NCBI GenBank assembly: GCA_964627535.1
Contig: CAZVJW010000007.1
Location: forward strand, 3,144 to 67,143
DNA length: 64,000 bases
Source of the DNA: an uncultured Eubacteriales bacterium
Lineage (GTDB): Bacteria > Bacillota > Clostridia > Oscillospirales > Acutalibacteraceae
Direction: 5' to 3'
In this document: positions 8,645 to 16,899 of the stretch, piece after piece
How positions within the stretch are numbered: position 1 is the stretch's first letter
Layout of the letters: each line of letters opens with the position of its first letter
Position numbers and translations under genes: made by a program
Notes under the pieces: generated by a model
Told to the model about the DNA's origin: nothing
What the model saw: only the letters and a program-made list of their open reading frames with translations
The model's database searches: none

Positions 8645-9526
8645 TTATTTCTTTTCAACAGGTATCCAAAGCTCATAATACCGTTTCTGCCGTTCTTCTT
8701 TTGGGAACAAATGATAAACCTCGATTTCATAATCGCGTGTTTGCTTGTATCCCGAACTGTCAAGCCAAGAGTCAAATATCTGTTCACGGAGTTTTGGAAG
8801 CTCGTCACCGGCGTAACCGCCATATCCTGTTGTGAACACAGCATAGGTGCCGGCGTTGATAAAAACCTCGTCAAGTCCTTCGCCTGTGACTTCAGCCTTG
8901 TCTTTGGCTATGGAGTATTTACCGTTATCCCAAATTCCATACCAAACGCCGGGGACATTTGTGCTAACCTTATTTTGAACATCATCATGGTGGTCAGCCC
9001 ACATGATATGTTCTTGCTCAAAGCGGTCTGCGGCAACGCCAGTAAACTGTTTGCTCAGCCCTTTTAAAACTACGTTTTCAGTTTCAATAATCTTGAAATT
9101 CATCGCCTTTGCTCCTTTAATCATAACGTGAAAGGAAATCGGGGGATAGATTTTCAAGGGTGCACCTTGTGTTCGGGCCATCCCGGGTGTTAAACCGTGC
9201 TGTTTTAAGAAAGCTCTGCTGAATGCATCCGCACTGTTATAGCCATATTTTACAGAAACATCAATCACTTTAATATCCGAATTTTGAAGCTCAAACGCTG
9301 CAAGAGTCAATCGCCTGTGTCTGATGTATTCAGATAAAGTAACGCCGGCTAAGTAACTAAACAATCGCTGAAAACCATCAGGAGAATTTAATGTAATTTT
9401 CGCGACCTCATTGATATCAATTTCGTCACATAGACTGCTCTCAATATACTCAATCGCAGAGTTTAGACTTTCTAATATATCCACCTTTTTCACCTCCGGA
9501 TATAATTGTAGCAAATATTGAAGCAA
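8645..9526 (-). CDS. AraC-family transcriptional regulator with GyrI-like effector-binding domain
   Basis: N-terminal HTH_AraC (..RLFSYLAGVTLSEYIRHRRLTLAAFEL.., ..YGYNSADAFSRAFLKQHGLTP..) and C-terminal GyrI-like beta-barrel region. Confidence 0.8.
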   Translation of the reverse strand: MLQYLLQLYPEVKKVDILESLNSAIEYIESSLCDEIDINEVAKITLNSPDGFQRLFSYLAGVTLSEYIRHRRLTLAAFELQNSDIKVIDVSVKYGYNSADAFSRAFLKQHGLTPGMARTQGAPLKIYPPISFHVMIKGAKAMNFKIIETENVVLKGLSKQFTGVAADRFEQEHIMWADHHDDVQNKVSTNVPGVWYGIWDNGKYSIAKDKAEVTGEGLDEVFINAGTYAVFTTGYGGYAGDELPKLREQIFDSWLDSSGYKQTRDYEIEVYHLFPKEERQKRYYELWIPVEKK

Positions 9527-9597
9527 TATAACCGACTTTATCCGGCCGGGATTTACAGATTATCGAGCCTATATTATATTCTTCCTCATCTGTGCCA

Positions 9598-9697
9598 TAC
9601 TAATTCACGATTAAAAACCTCTAAAAAATTAAGCAAAAGCTTTAATCTATAAGGTTTTGTGCGGATTTTTTAGTTAGGTTTTTATGAGTAATTAGTA
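9598..9697 (-). repeat. MITE-like ~100-bp element with terminal inverted repeats, copy 1 (inverted orientation)
   Basis: Rev-comp aligns end-to-end with copies at 13455 and 41056: tactaattactcataaaaacctaactaaaaaatccgcacaaaacc...aaagcttttgcttRattttttagaggtttttaatcgtgaattagta. Confidence 0.85.
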
Positions 9698-9702
9698 TCA
9701 CA

Positions 9703-10149
9703 TCACAAAAGTTTTTTAATTTCTGCTTTTAAAATCATTTTCATTTCGCCAAGTTCCGCTTCTGACGGTCTTTTGCTGTCATTCCACATTTCTTCTCTCG
9801 GCAGCCACCATACGGGGCCCTTTTCCGGCATGTCGCCTTCATTCCTGGGAAATATATGCCAATGCAAATGAGTTTCGCCGTTGCCCAACAGTTCATAATT
9901 CAGTTTTTGAGGGTTAAACGCATTATAGACAGCCTCCGCGACCAAAGCCATTTCCTCAAGGTATTTCAGTTTGAATTCAGGTTCAAGAAAGTGCAGCTCG
10001 GCTGCATGCTCTTTGCATAAGAACAAGGTATATCCCTTAAAATGCTGATGATCCCCAAGCACAACATAGCCTGTTTCAAGCTCATAAACGAAGTATGGGT
10101 TTGTACCGTCTTTTGTTTGTTGTATTCTATCGCATACCGGACATTTCAT
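9703..10149 (-). CDS. HIT-family (histidine triad) nucleotide hydrolase
   Basis: HxHxHxx motif (..GETHLHWHIFPR..), ~150 aa. Confidence 0.8.
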   Translation of the reverse strand: MKCPVCDRIQQTKDGTNPYFVYELETGYVVLGDHQHFKGYTLFLCKEHAAELHFLEPEFKLKYLEEMALVAEAVYNAFNPQKLNYELLGNGETHLHWHIFPRNEGDMPEKGPVWWLPREEMWNDSKRPSEAELGEMKMILKAEIKKLL

Positions 10150-10721
10150 CCTTTACCCTCCGATTTCTTGTTTAGATTCACTTGCTCCTTAATATACTCC
10201 ATCGTAAAGGCAGGCTTCAGTGTTAGATTTTCTTTAGCCAGAATTTCGGTTGCGTTTTCGTTTCTTTGAATGACACAAAGCACAGTGTCAATAATAGCAC
10301 CCCTGTTGCGAAGCTCTTTTACACTCTCGATTATTTGACCGCCGGTGGTAACAACATCTTCAACAACGCAAACTCTCTTACCGTTAACATCAGCGCCCTC
10401 TGCCAATTTGCATGTACCGTATTACTTAGCTTTTTTTCTGACAAATGCGCAATGAATATTCGCTTCAATAGAAAGCGCGGTTGCAACCGGTATGCCGCCC
10501 ATCTCTAAACCTGCTAACACTTCTGTATCCGCCGGAATCAAGTCTCTCATAATTTTTGCTATTTGAACGAGCAATTGCGGCTGCGCTTCAAACAGATACT
10601 TGTCAAAGTATTCATTGGATATTTGTCCTGAACGCAAAGTGAATTCTCCTGTTATGTGCGCTGTCTCATAAATACTTTTTGCGATATCAGTTTTTAACAT
10701 TTTATTCTCCTTGTATTTCAA
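10146..10721 (-). pseudogene. Orotate-phosphoribosyltransferase-like type I PRTase interrupted by an in-frame TAA (10422-10424)
   Basis: ORFs 10422..10721 (..GGIPVATALSIEANIHCAFVRKKAK*) and 10146..10406 (..GKRVCVVEDVVTTGGQIIESV..) are in the same phase and together align with PyrE (FVRKEAKDHGTG..GxRVLVVEDVITTG). Only a TAA separates them. Confidence 0.75.
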
Positions 10722-11586
10722 AATTCTGACTCATTGATTTTACCATACGCAAATACTCCGTTATATTTTTATCTTCGTCTTGGTTATAAGAAAATCCTAA
10801 ATGCCCGGCGACAGTGGGTGCTATTGTTCTGAACAACTCGCAGGCAGTAAGTATTGCCGGCCAAAGGTTATCATAACTGCTGTCGGAATAGGTCTTGGCG
10901 TACATTTCATACAAGTCTGACAGCAGATATTTTTTATAATACTTACCGCTCATACCCACCGAAACAGAGAAGTCCGTCTTGATACCGATATACCAATCAA
11001 TCATCTTAACGAGCATATCGCGCACAATGACATTGTACATCCACATGGCATATGGCAATTGATCTCTCGCAATTCCTTTGGCCACATTATTCAGGCACCA
11101 CCAAAACTCGTTGCAGCAGCTTGAATATTTAATTTCGGTTGGTTTTTGAACCCAATAATTCTCATCGGACGGTGGTGGAATTTCGGGCAGGCAGTTGTCT
11201 TTATCAAGCAGGGGAACTGTCAACTTGTCGTTTTTATATTCGTCAAGCATGGCTTCTTTTGTTTGGATATGCAAATCAATGCGGTTTCCGTCTTTAAACA
11301 GCATCAGCCAGGTGTAAGAACGGTCAAATTCCATTTTCATTTCAAAGCCGATGTCGTTTATATCCGGTTCTTGCAGAATAGCCAGCTCTCCGAAAACCGA
11401 AATCCAATTTTTATCTTTCAGAAAAGACTTGGTTTCTTTTACAACATAGACAATATCGTAATCCTGATAGATATCTTTGGTAACATTGGGGTTGGCGCGC
11501 GAACCGTTCAAATAAACAGCACGAATACGCTCATCAGCTTTCGCAACGCCCAAAATCAGGTCGAACATTTTTCTTTCTGTACGCAT
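10702..11586 (-). CDS. ant(6): Aminoglycoside 6-nucleotidyltransferase ANT(6) (AadE/AadK family, streptomycin adenylyltransferase)
   Basis: MRTERKMFDLILGVAKADERIRAVYLNGSRANPNV.. closely parallels AadE MRSEKEMMDLVLSLAEQDERIRIVTLEGSRANINI..; conserved ..CCNEFWW.. block; ~294 aa. Confidence 0.85.
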   Translation of the reverse strand: MRTERKMFDLILGVAKADERIRAVYLNGSRANPNVTKDIYQDYDIVYVVKETKSFLKDKNWISVFGELAILQEPDINDIGFEMKMEFDRSYTWLMLFKDGNRIDLHIQTKEAMLDEYKNDKLTVPLLDKDNCLPEIPPPSDENYWVQKPTEIKYSSCCNEFWWCLNNVAKGIARDQLPYAMWMYNVIVRDMLVKMIDWYIGIKTDFSVSVGMSGKYYKKYLLSDLYEMYAKTYSDSSYDNLWPAILTACELFRTIAPTVAGHLGFSYNQDEDKNITEYLRMVKSMSQNFEIQGE

Positions 11587-12524
11587 TTCGAGCCTCTTTT
11601 CTGTTTGTCATCCGGAGTAACAATATTAGATTTCAAGTTCCTGTCAACAATTTTCTCGCCGTTTTGCAACTTGCCAATCAGCATCTCACCATCTTGCTTA
11701 TGCTTTTCACAATTACGTTTAACCGATGACTCGCTGTAATTGGCATAACAGTATATGCAGCTATTTTTGCATGTGTTGTAAGCTCCAATATCGATACTTT
11801 GATAGCATCCACAGCCCTTACGCTGATTATAATCGGGTGAAATATTTAGCTTCGCTCCACATATTCGTTCAATTAAGGCTTTATCAACACAGCTTGCTTT
11901 TTCTATTCCAAATATTGTTAAATCGTTGGATTCCGAGCAAGCCTTTGCAATGAGACCATACTCTTTTGCCGTTTTTCCAATAAATTCACTAAGGTTCGCA
12001 ATTTCATCAGTTGTAATTTGACGAACTGAATCTGTCTTTAATTTTGCATAGGTATCGACAAAACTGATTGTTACACTTTCGGTATACGGATAAAGTTTGT
12101 CGCAAAGCCTTGAAAACTGCTCTTTATGGTAATCCACCGATAAACTGCTATTTAACACGATAGGGTCATATCGCCACAAAACGCGCTCTTTTCCGATTGC
12201 ATTGCTGAGTTCAATAAAAGAGTTTTCAATATCGGCTTTATCACGTAAATTTCTTTCAATTGTTCTGTCATACGGTGTTAGCGTGTGTTGAAAATAGAAT
12301 TTATAGCCCATATCGTCAATTGCTTTAAGATGCGGAATAAAATTTTTTGCATCTTTCGTCCAAAACACAATACAGTCAACTACATCGGGTGAAAGCAGGA
12401 TTTTACTTATTTGTGCATGATTCATCGGATTGCGTGAAAGAAAATACCCCGCTTTCAAGCGGTTCATAAACCACTCGACGTAATAGCAGGGGATGTCTGT
12501 ACGGCGGGAAACGGAGAGTATCAT
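11556..12524 (-). CDS. DUF1848-family protein (Cys-rich, putative Fe-S)
   Basis: Family-typical N-terminus MILSVSRRTDIPCYY; C-terminal Cys cluster CGCYQSIDIGAYNTCKNSCIYCYAN. The start is set at the internal ATG (12522-24, RBS GAGGTGA) because the track start at 12575 lies inside repeat copy 2. Confidence 0.6.
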   Translation of the reverse strand: MILSVSRRTDIPCYYVEWFMNRLKAGYFLSRNPMNHAQISKILLSPDVVDCIVFWTKDAKNFIPHLKAIDDMGYKFYFQHTLTPYDRTIERNLRDKADIENSFIELSNAIGKERVLWRYDPIVLNSSLSVDYHKEQFSRLCDKLYPYTESVTISFVDTYAKLKTDSVRQITTDEIANLSEFIGKTAKEYGLIAKACSESNDLTIFGIEKASCVDKALIERICGAKLNISPDYNQRKGCGCYQSIDIGAYNTCKNSCIYCYANYSESSVKRNCEKHKQDGEMLIGKLQNGEKIVDRNLKSNIVTPDDKQKRGSKCVQKEKCST

Positions 12525-12574
12525 AAAATCACCTCGCAATCCTGTGGATTTATATTGATTATCCTGTGCAATCA

Positions 12575-12707
12575 TACTAATTATTCATAAAAACCTAACT
12601 AAAAAATCCGCACAAAACCTAATAATACTATTCTGCATTAAAATGAAGAATCGTATGAATCAAAGCTTTTGCTTGATTTTTTGGAGATTTTTAATCGTGA
12701 ATTTGTA
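12575..12707 (+). repeat. MITE-like element copy 2 (133 bp; carries a 33-bp internal insertion)
   Basis: Same TIRs (tactaattattcataaaaacctaactaaaaaat ... atttttaatcgtgaatttgta). Confidence 0.85.
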
Positions 12708-12738
12708 TCAGTTGTTCAAGTACGATATTTGTATATTG

Positions 12739-13353
12739 CTATATGGGAATCCCTAAATTTCTCAACTTTTCATACAATCCATCATAATCTCTTTTCACAT
12801 GGTTAAAGTAGATAACCCTCATGCCCATTTTCATGGGGACGACCAAGTTCTTTTCCTGATTATCAATAAATACACACTCGTCAGTATTGAGATTTAAAGC
12901 ATTGGTTGAATGTTTAAATATTTTTTCACTATCCTTACCTGAACCGACATTCGCTGAAACAGTAACAACATCGAATAGCTTATCCCATCCGTATTGCTCG
13001 ACAATACTGTCGATACGGTCCTTTTTATTGTCTGTTATCATGCCGATTCTATAATTTTGTTCTTTAAGTTTTATAGCGAGCGTCATCATTTTACTGTCAA
13101 TCGGTGTGTTGATAAAAGAGTCATAAAGCACATCTATGCTTGTGTCGGTTTTTATATTGCGGCATAGTTGCCCCCACATATCGGTATGGGCGATTTTTCC
13201 GTACAGAAGGTCATTGTTATATTTGTAATATTCATTTTTGAACAAATCCAAGTCAATGCCTGTCTTTTTTGCTATGTAATTACAAATAGAGGTTGAGCCC
13301 GTGGCGTCGGTGGTTAAAACACCGTCGAAGTCGAACAATATTGCTTTTAACAT
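12739..13353 (-). CDS. HAD-superfamily hydrolase
   Basis: Motif I LFDFDGVLT at the N-terminus; ~200 aa. Confidence 0.8.
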   Translation of the reverse strand: MLKAILFDFDGVLTTDATGSTSICNYIAKKTGIDLDLFKNEYYKYNNDLLYGKIAHTDMWGQLCRNIKTDTSIDVLYDSFINTPIDSKMMTLAIKLKEQNYRIGMITDNKKDRIDSIVEQYGWDKLFDVVTVSANVGSGKDSEKIFKHSTNALNLNTDECVFIDNQEKNLVVPMKMGMRVIYFNHVKRDYDGLYEKLRNLGIPI

Positions 13354-13454
13354 TAAGCAACCCCGCTTTCAATTATGGGAAAGTTTTTTATCACAATCAA
13401 TCTCAGCGAAAGCACAGTAAGCAATGCAAAATACAAATAGTTGAGGCACGATTA

Positions 13455-13555
13455 TACTAATTACTCATAAAAACCTAACTAAAAAATTCGCACAAAACCT
13501 AATGAATCAAAGCTTTTGCTTGATTTTTTTAGAGGTTTTTAATCGTTAATTAGTA
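13455..13555 (+). repeat. MITE-like element copy 3 (101 bp)
   Basis: tactaattactcataaaaacctaactaaaaaattcgcacaaaacctaatgaatcaaagcttttgcttgatttttttagaggtttttaatcgttaattagta. Confidence 0.9.
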
Positions 13556-13570
13556 TTAGGTCCCTTTGAT

Positions 13571-14365
13571 TCAATCCTTTAATATCGGCAAAAGCCAAAC
13601 AAAGACATTTTCAATAGCTGTGTCAGCCATGTTATCGAGCTCATGCGTACCGCCTTCAATTTCAATAAGCGTTGCCGGGAGATTTTTACATCTCATTAAA
13701 TCATAAGCCGTTTTCGCATCGGCACAACGGAAAGTATTGTCGGCAGTGCCTTGCAGAAACAGCACTGGGCATTTGATTTTATCCATTGTATGTATGGGCG
13801 CTTTACTTATGGTGTCGGTGTAAAAGTTTATTCCGAAATCCACACCGAAAATGTTTGCGGTTCCGCAGGACAATAAAACTTCTAAATTGTCGGAAAGGAG
13901 CTTTGCGGGGCCGCCTTTGTTCATCCCGATATGTGCGCTGATACAGGTTCCGACTGAAATGATAAAATTGATTCTATCGTCCTCTGCCGCTAAACGAAGT
14001 GCCGCAGTTGAGCCGGAGCTGAACGCATAAGAGCCGATTTTACTTTCTTGTGCAAAAGGCTGTTCCTTAACCCAAGTAATAACATCGGCAAGGTTGTTCT
14101 TCCAGCGGGTGTAGGTCATCTGACTATATTTGCCTCCGGTTTCACCGCAACCAAAAAAGTCAAAGGTAACGAGAGCAATGTTTTCTTTCATCGCTCTTTC
14201 ACACAGTTTTTCGGTAGGATTCCAAAGTTGTCGTCTGCCGCCCCAACCGTGACAGTAAATTATCACAGGTATATTTTCAGCGCCCTCAATTGGCAGATAA
14301 ACCGTTCCGAAATTTTGGTCACCTGTGTTCAATTTGAAATCGTATGTGTACATAGCAAACCTCAC
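13571..14365 (-). CDS. Alpha/beta-fold hydrolase (dienelactone hydrolase/S9-like)
   Basis: ..IIYCHGWGGRRQ.. and nucleophile elbow ..GSYAFSSGS..; 264 aa. Confidence 0.65.
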   Translation of the reverse strand: MRFAMYTYDFKLNTGDQNFGTVYLPIEGAENIPVIIYCHGWGGRRQLWNPTEKLCERAMKENIALVTFDFFGCGETGGKYSQMTYTRWKNNLADVITWVKEQPFAQESKIGSYAFSSGSTAALRLAAEDDRINFIISVGTCISAHIGMNKGGPAKLLSDNLEVLLSCGTANIFGVDFGINFYTDTISKAPIHTMDKIKCPVLFLQGTADNTFRCADAKTAYDLMRCKNLPATLIEIEGGTHELDNMADTAIENVFVWLLPILKD

Positions 14366-14376
14366 ATAAACTGATC

Positions 14377-15255
14377 TTACTTTCTGCCGCTATAGATCAG
14401 CACGGTGCTTGTTGCAATATCCCATAGCTTTTCTCCGTGCATATATTGATCTATGCGAATATCATATCGCTTGTTAATCAGTGCAATTAATTCTTCGTAT
14501 TCTTTTGTTGTTAAAGCAGAGGGGGCTAACCGCTGTGCTTTTTCTATACTGCTCAATTCATGTAAACGGTTAACATTGATTTGTTCTATTGCCGTTTCTT
14601 CGGAAATAGTTGAACTGTCGGGTGCATATGAAACAACAGATATAATATTGACGCTGACATCATTAAAACCATTTTTAAACAAATAGGCAAGATGCTCACT
14701 TTCCGTCAGTTCGTGCCGACTAACAACACTCAAATCATTTTTATCAGCTTCGTTCCATAACTTTTCAAACAAGGCTTTTTCTGCTGAATTGGTAGGCTTC
14801 CATATTTCTGAATTAACGCGTCTTGAAGCAACAAGTATATGTATTTTCCCATTTGACTTTAGAACTCTATATTGTTCCTTGATAAAAGCGTTAGGCTCGC
14901 AGAAGTTCATGACCGTGTGAGAAAAGCACAAGTCAAAGGTATCGTCGGCGAAGGGGAGGGCGACAGCATCGCCGTTAACAAAAGCGCAGTCGATATCAAG
15001 CTCTTTTGATTTTGTCTTTGCATACTGAATATGTCCTATGTCAAAATCGAGTCCCGTCACATTGGTTGTGGGAAGATAAGACTTTATCCTGTGGCAAAAT
15101 ATTCCGCCTCCGCAGCCGACTTCGAGAATATTCATACCGTTTTCAATTTGTAAGGCTTTAAGCCATAAATCCTTATTGCCGTCATGGAAGCGCATAGCCC
15201 TTGAACGGTATAATTCTTCGGAAGTCTGCACATATTGTGACCATTTGTTATCCAT
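14377..15255 (-). CDS. Class I SAM-dependent methyltransferase
   Basis: SAM-binding motif I ..ILEVGCGGGIF.. Confidence 0.75.
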   Translation of the reverse strand: MDNKWSQYVQTSEELYRSRAMRFHDGNKDLWLKALQIENGMNILEVGCGGGIFCHRIKSYLPTTNVTGLDFDIGHIQYAKTKSKELDIDCAFVNGDAVALPFADDTFDLCFSHTVMNFCEPNAFIKEQYRVLKSNGKIHILVASRRVNSEIWKPTNSAEKALFEKLWNEADKNDLSVVSRHELTESEHLAYLFKNGFNDVSVNIISVVSYAPDSSTISEETAIEQINVNRLHELSSIEKAQRLAPSALTTKEYEELIALINKRYDIRIDQYMHGEKLWDIATSTVLIYSGRK

Positions 15256-15400
15256 CAGTTTTTACCTCAGCAATTATAATTATTTCCGACTGAACATGCG
15301 AGGAAAAAGCCTGTTCGCATAAAGGTATACGGTCAGGCTTTTTGCCGGCGAAAACATCGTCGATTCTTTGTTTGTGAGCACTTATTTTTTTATCGGTCAT
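15248..15400 (-). CDS. Small ORF (50 aa, MTDKKISAHKQRIDDVFAGKKPDRIPLCEQAF...), stop overlapping the methyltransferase start (ATGGATAA); possible URO-D/MtaA-family N-terminal remnant or coupled leader ORF
   Basis: Found by hand, not in the track (<60 aa). GGAGA 6 nt upstream of the ATG. Its ..GKKPDRIPLC.. resembles the conserved N-terminal ..DRVPVC.. of URO-D-family proteins. Confidence 0.25.
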   Translation of the reverse strand: MTDKKISAHKQRIDDVFAGKKPDRIPLCEQAFSSHVQSEIIIIAEVKTDG

Positions 15401-15445
15401 AAACATTCTCCGAAAGGTCAAATGACTGTCGTTTTTGAAATATGG

Positions 15446-16000
15446 TTACAGCTTTATCCCCATCGCGACATCGCCAATGCCTTTTGCAAGTTCCGAAAAG
15501 CCGTACTTCTTATAAAAATTGATGCCCAGTTCGTTGGTTCTGCCGACGGTCAGCATAAGCCCGCCGATTCCTTTTGCCTTCAGGTGCTCACTCAAAGCGT
15601 TTACTAACTTGCTGCCGAGGCCTTTGCGCTGGTATTCGTCCAGAATATCGATATGAAGGTGGGCGGGATACTGCGAGGCGTACTTGGCGTGCAGGCGGTA
15701 GGAACCGAGGGAGGCCCTCCATTTGATATAGCCGAGCTCTTTAACCTTCGGCAAATATTTTTCGTTGAAGCGCGCCTGGTACTTTGCGTAGTTTTCCGCG
15801 CAATAGATGTAGCCGATTGCCTCATCCTTTTCGTTTGCTGCCACAAAGCAGTTTTCCGGTTCGCACTCAATATAGTAATCGCAGTAGGTGTCCAATATAA
15901 ATTCCTGATCCCTTTTTATTTTCGGGTTGCCGGCGTTAATCAAACAGATTTTGCGGATATTGTCACGGTCTTTGGGTTGATAAGGTCTGATGGTTTCCAT
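15446..16000 (-). CDS. GNAT-family N-acetyltransferase
   Basis: Acetyl-CoA motif A ..QRKGLGSKLVNAL.. and C-terminal ..FYKKYGF.. Confidence 0.8.
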   Translation of the reverse strand: METIRPYQPKDRDNIRKICLINAGNPKIKRDQEFILDTYCDYYIECEPENCFVAANEKDEAIGYIYCAENYAKYQARFNEKYLPKVKELGYIKWRASLGSYRLHAKYASQYPAHLHIDILDEYQRKGLGSKLVNALSEHLKAKGIGGLMLTVGRTNELGINFYKKYGFSELAKGIGDVAMGIKL

Positions 16001-16026
16001 AGGTATTCTCCTGTTCTAAATATTTT

Positions 16027-16101
16027 GTAGGGGACGGGTTCTCCGTCCCGTTTATTTTTGATTGGTTTTATTCGATTCGGGACGGAAAACCCGTCCCCTA
16101 C
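16027..16101. repeat. Inverted pair of 24-nt hairpin-forming units (gtaggggacgggttctccgtcccg ... cgggacggaaaacccgtcccctac)
   Basis: The arms at 16027-16050 and 16078-16101 are reverse complements (23/24). Each arm is itself a gggacgg/ccgtccc hairpin. Confidence 0.8.
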
Positions 16102-16106
16102 TGATC

Positions 16107-16646
16107 TTATTCAAATAAATAGCAGCTCGTGAATGTTATCGTCTGCGGGCCGTTGTTGTAGGCGACGCCGGAAAGGGTGCATACCTTGCTGACGAATAAA
16201 CCGTAGGCCTCCATGGAAGGAACAGCGAGCTCCGGGAAACGGCAGGGCGCGTCGGGGTAGGTGCATTCGGGGCATACGGAGCAAGCGCCCGCGCCCATCG
16301 GCATCATTTTTGGGAAACGAAGTCGCAAATCGGCAGTGAAGTTTTTAAAGTTTTGCCTGTGCTTTGAGGAGGTTGCTTCAATTGTTTCCCAGTCGAAATC
16401 GTCCTCCATCTGCCCGATAGTCTGCACAAGCAAACCTTTGGAATATTCAGCTGCTCTCAGCGATGCCTCCTCGATGGTTCCGCAGCCGGGGGGGCATGTC
16501 CAGCTTTTGCCGTAACTGTGGCAGCGGTCTGCCGCGCACATGTCCCTGACCTCGGGCATAAACTCAATGGCTTTGCGGTTGAGTTCGCCTGCCTGTGAAA
16601 ATCCCGCGGTTAATGCTTCGTCAATTAATGTTTTCATATCAATCAT
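16107..16646 (-). CDS. DUF2284 predicted metal-binding protein
   Basis: Cys motifs ..CPPGCG.., ..CSVCPEC.. Start set at the internal ATG 16644-46 (RBS AGGAGGT); the track start 16721 is a TTG. Confidence 0.6.
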   Translation of the reverse strand: MIDMKTLIDEALTAGFSQAGELNRKAIEFMPEVRDMCAADRCHSYGKSWTCPPGCGTIEEASLRAAEYSKGLLVQTIGQMEDDFDWETIEATSSKHRQNFKNFTADLRLRFPKMMPMGAGACSVCPECTYPDAPCRFPELAVPSMEAYGLFVSKVCTLSGVAYNNGPQTITFTSCYLFE

Positions 16647-16729
16647 AAAATAAATACCTCCTGTTGCGTTGCTGACTGAAATAGTATATATTAATTTTAT
16701 TAGTGATACAAGTCGAATCAATCAACTCA

Positions 16730-16828
16730 TACTGATTCACGATTAAAACCTCTAAAAAATCAAGTAAAAGCTTTTATTTATGCGGTTTTGCGTGGATTTT
16801 TTCTTAGGGTTTTTATGAGTGATTAATA
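16730..16828 (-). repeat. MITE-like element copy 4 (inverted orientation, more diverged)
   Basis: tactgattcacgattaaaacctctaaaaaat ... ttcttagggtttttatgagtgattaata; rev-comp aligns with the family consensus. Confidence 0.8.
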
Positions 16829-16899
16829 TTGTCTGCAAAACATATAAAAGATATTATCTTTCGGACAAATAATTTGGCTGAAACAAGGGGTGTGCCGCA

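Noticed and set aside
10407-10421. Treating 10146..10406 and 10422..10721 as two independent small genes
   Set aside because: They are in the same phase, separated by one TAA, and jointly align colinearly with OPRTase. Neither half is a complete PRTase fold.
11556-12575. Track start at 12575 for the DUF1848 gene
   Set aside because: The first 17 codons would be encoded by the left arm of repeat copy 2. An internal ATG with a strong GAGGTGA RBS gives the family-typical N-terminus MILSVSRRTDIP.
15653-16030. Plus-strand ORF antisense to the GNAT gene (and similar antisense ORFs at 20573-21024, 53037-53849, 56466-57154, 62374-63195)
   Set aside because: Each is embedded entirely inside a longer ORF on the opposite strand that has clear family signatures. 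They are typical GC-frame shadow ORFs with low-complexity Arg/Pro/Ala-rich translations.
9598-16828. Integron attC-site interpretation of the 100-bp repeats (RYYYAAC...GTTRRRY-like ends, genes in one orientation)
   Set aside because: Copies 1 and 4 are inverted relative to copies 2 and 3 although all flanking genes are co-oriented. Copies also occur far apart (41, 59 and 62 kb) among genes of mixed orientation, and no integron integrase is present. A MITE/REPIN-like element is more parsimonious.
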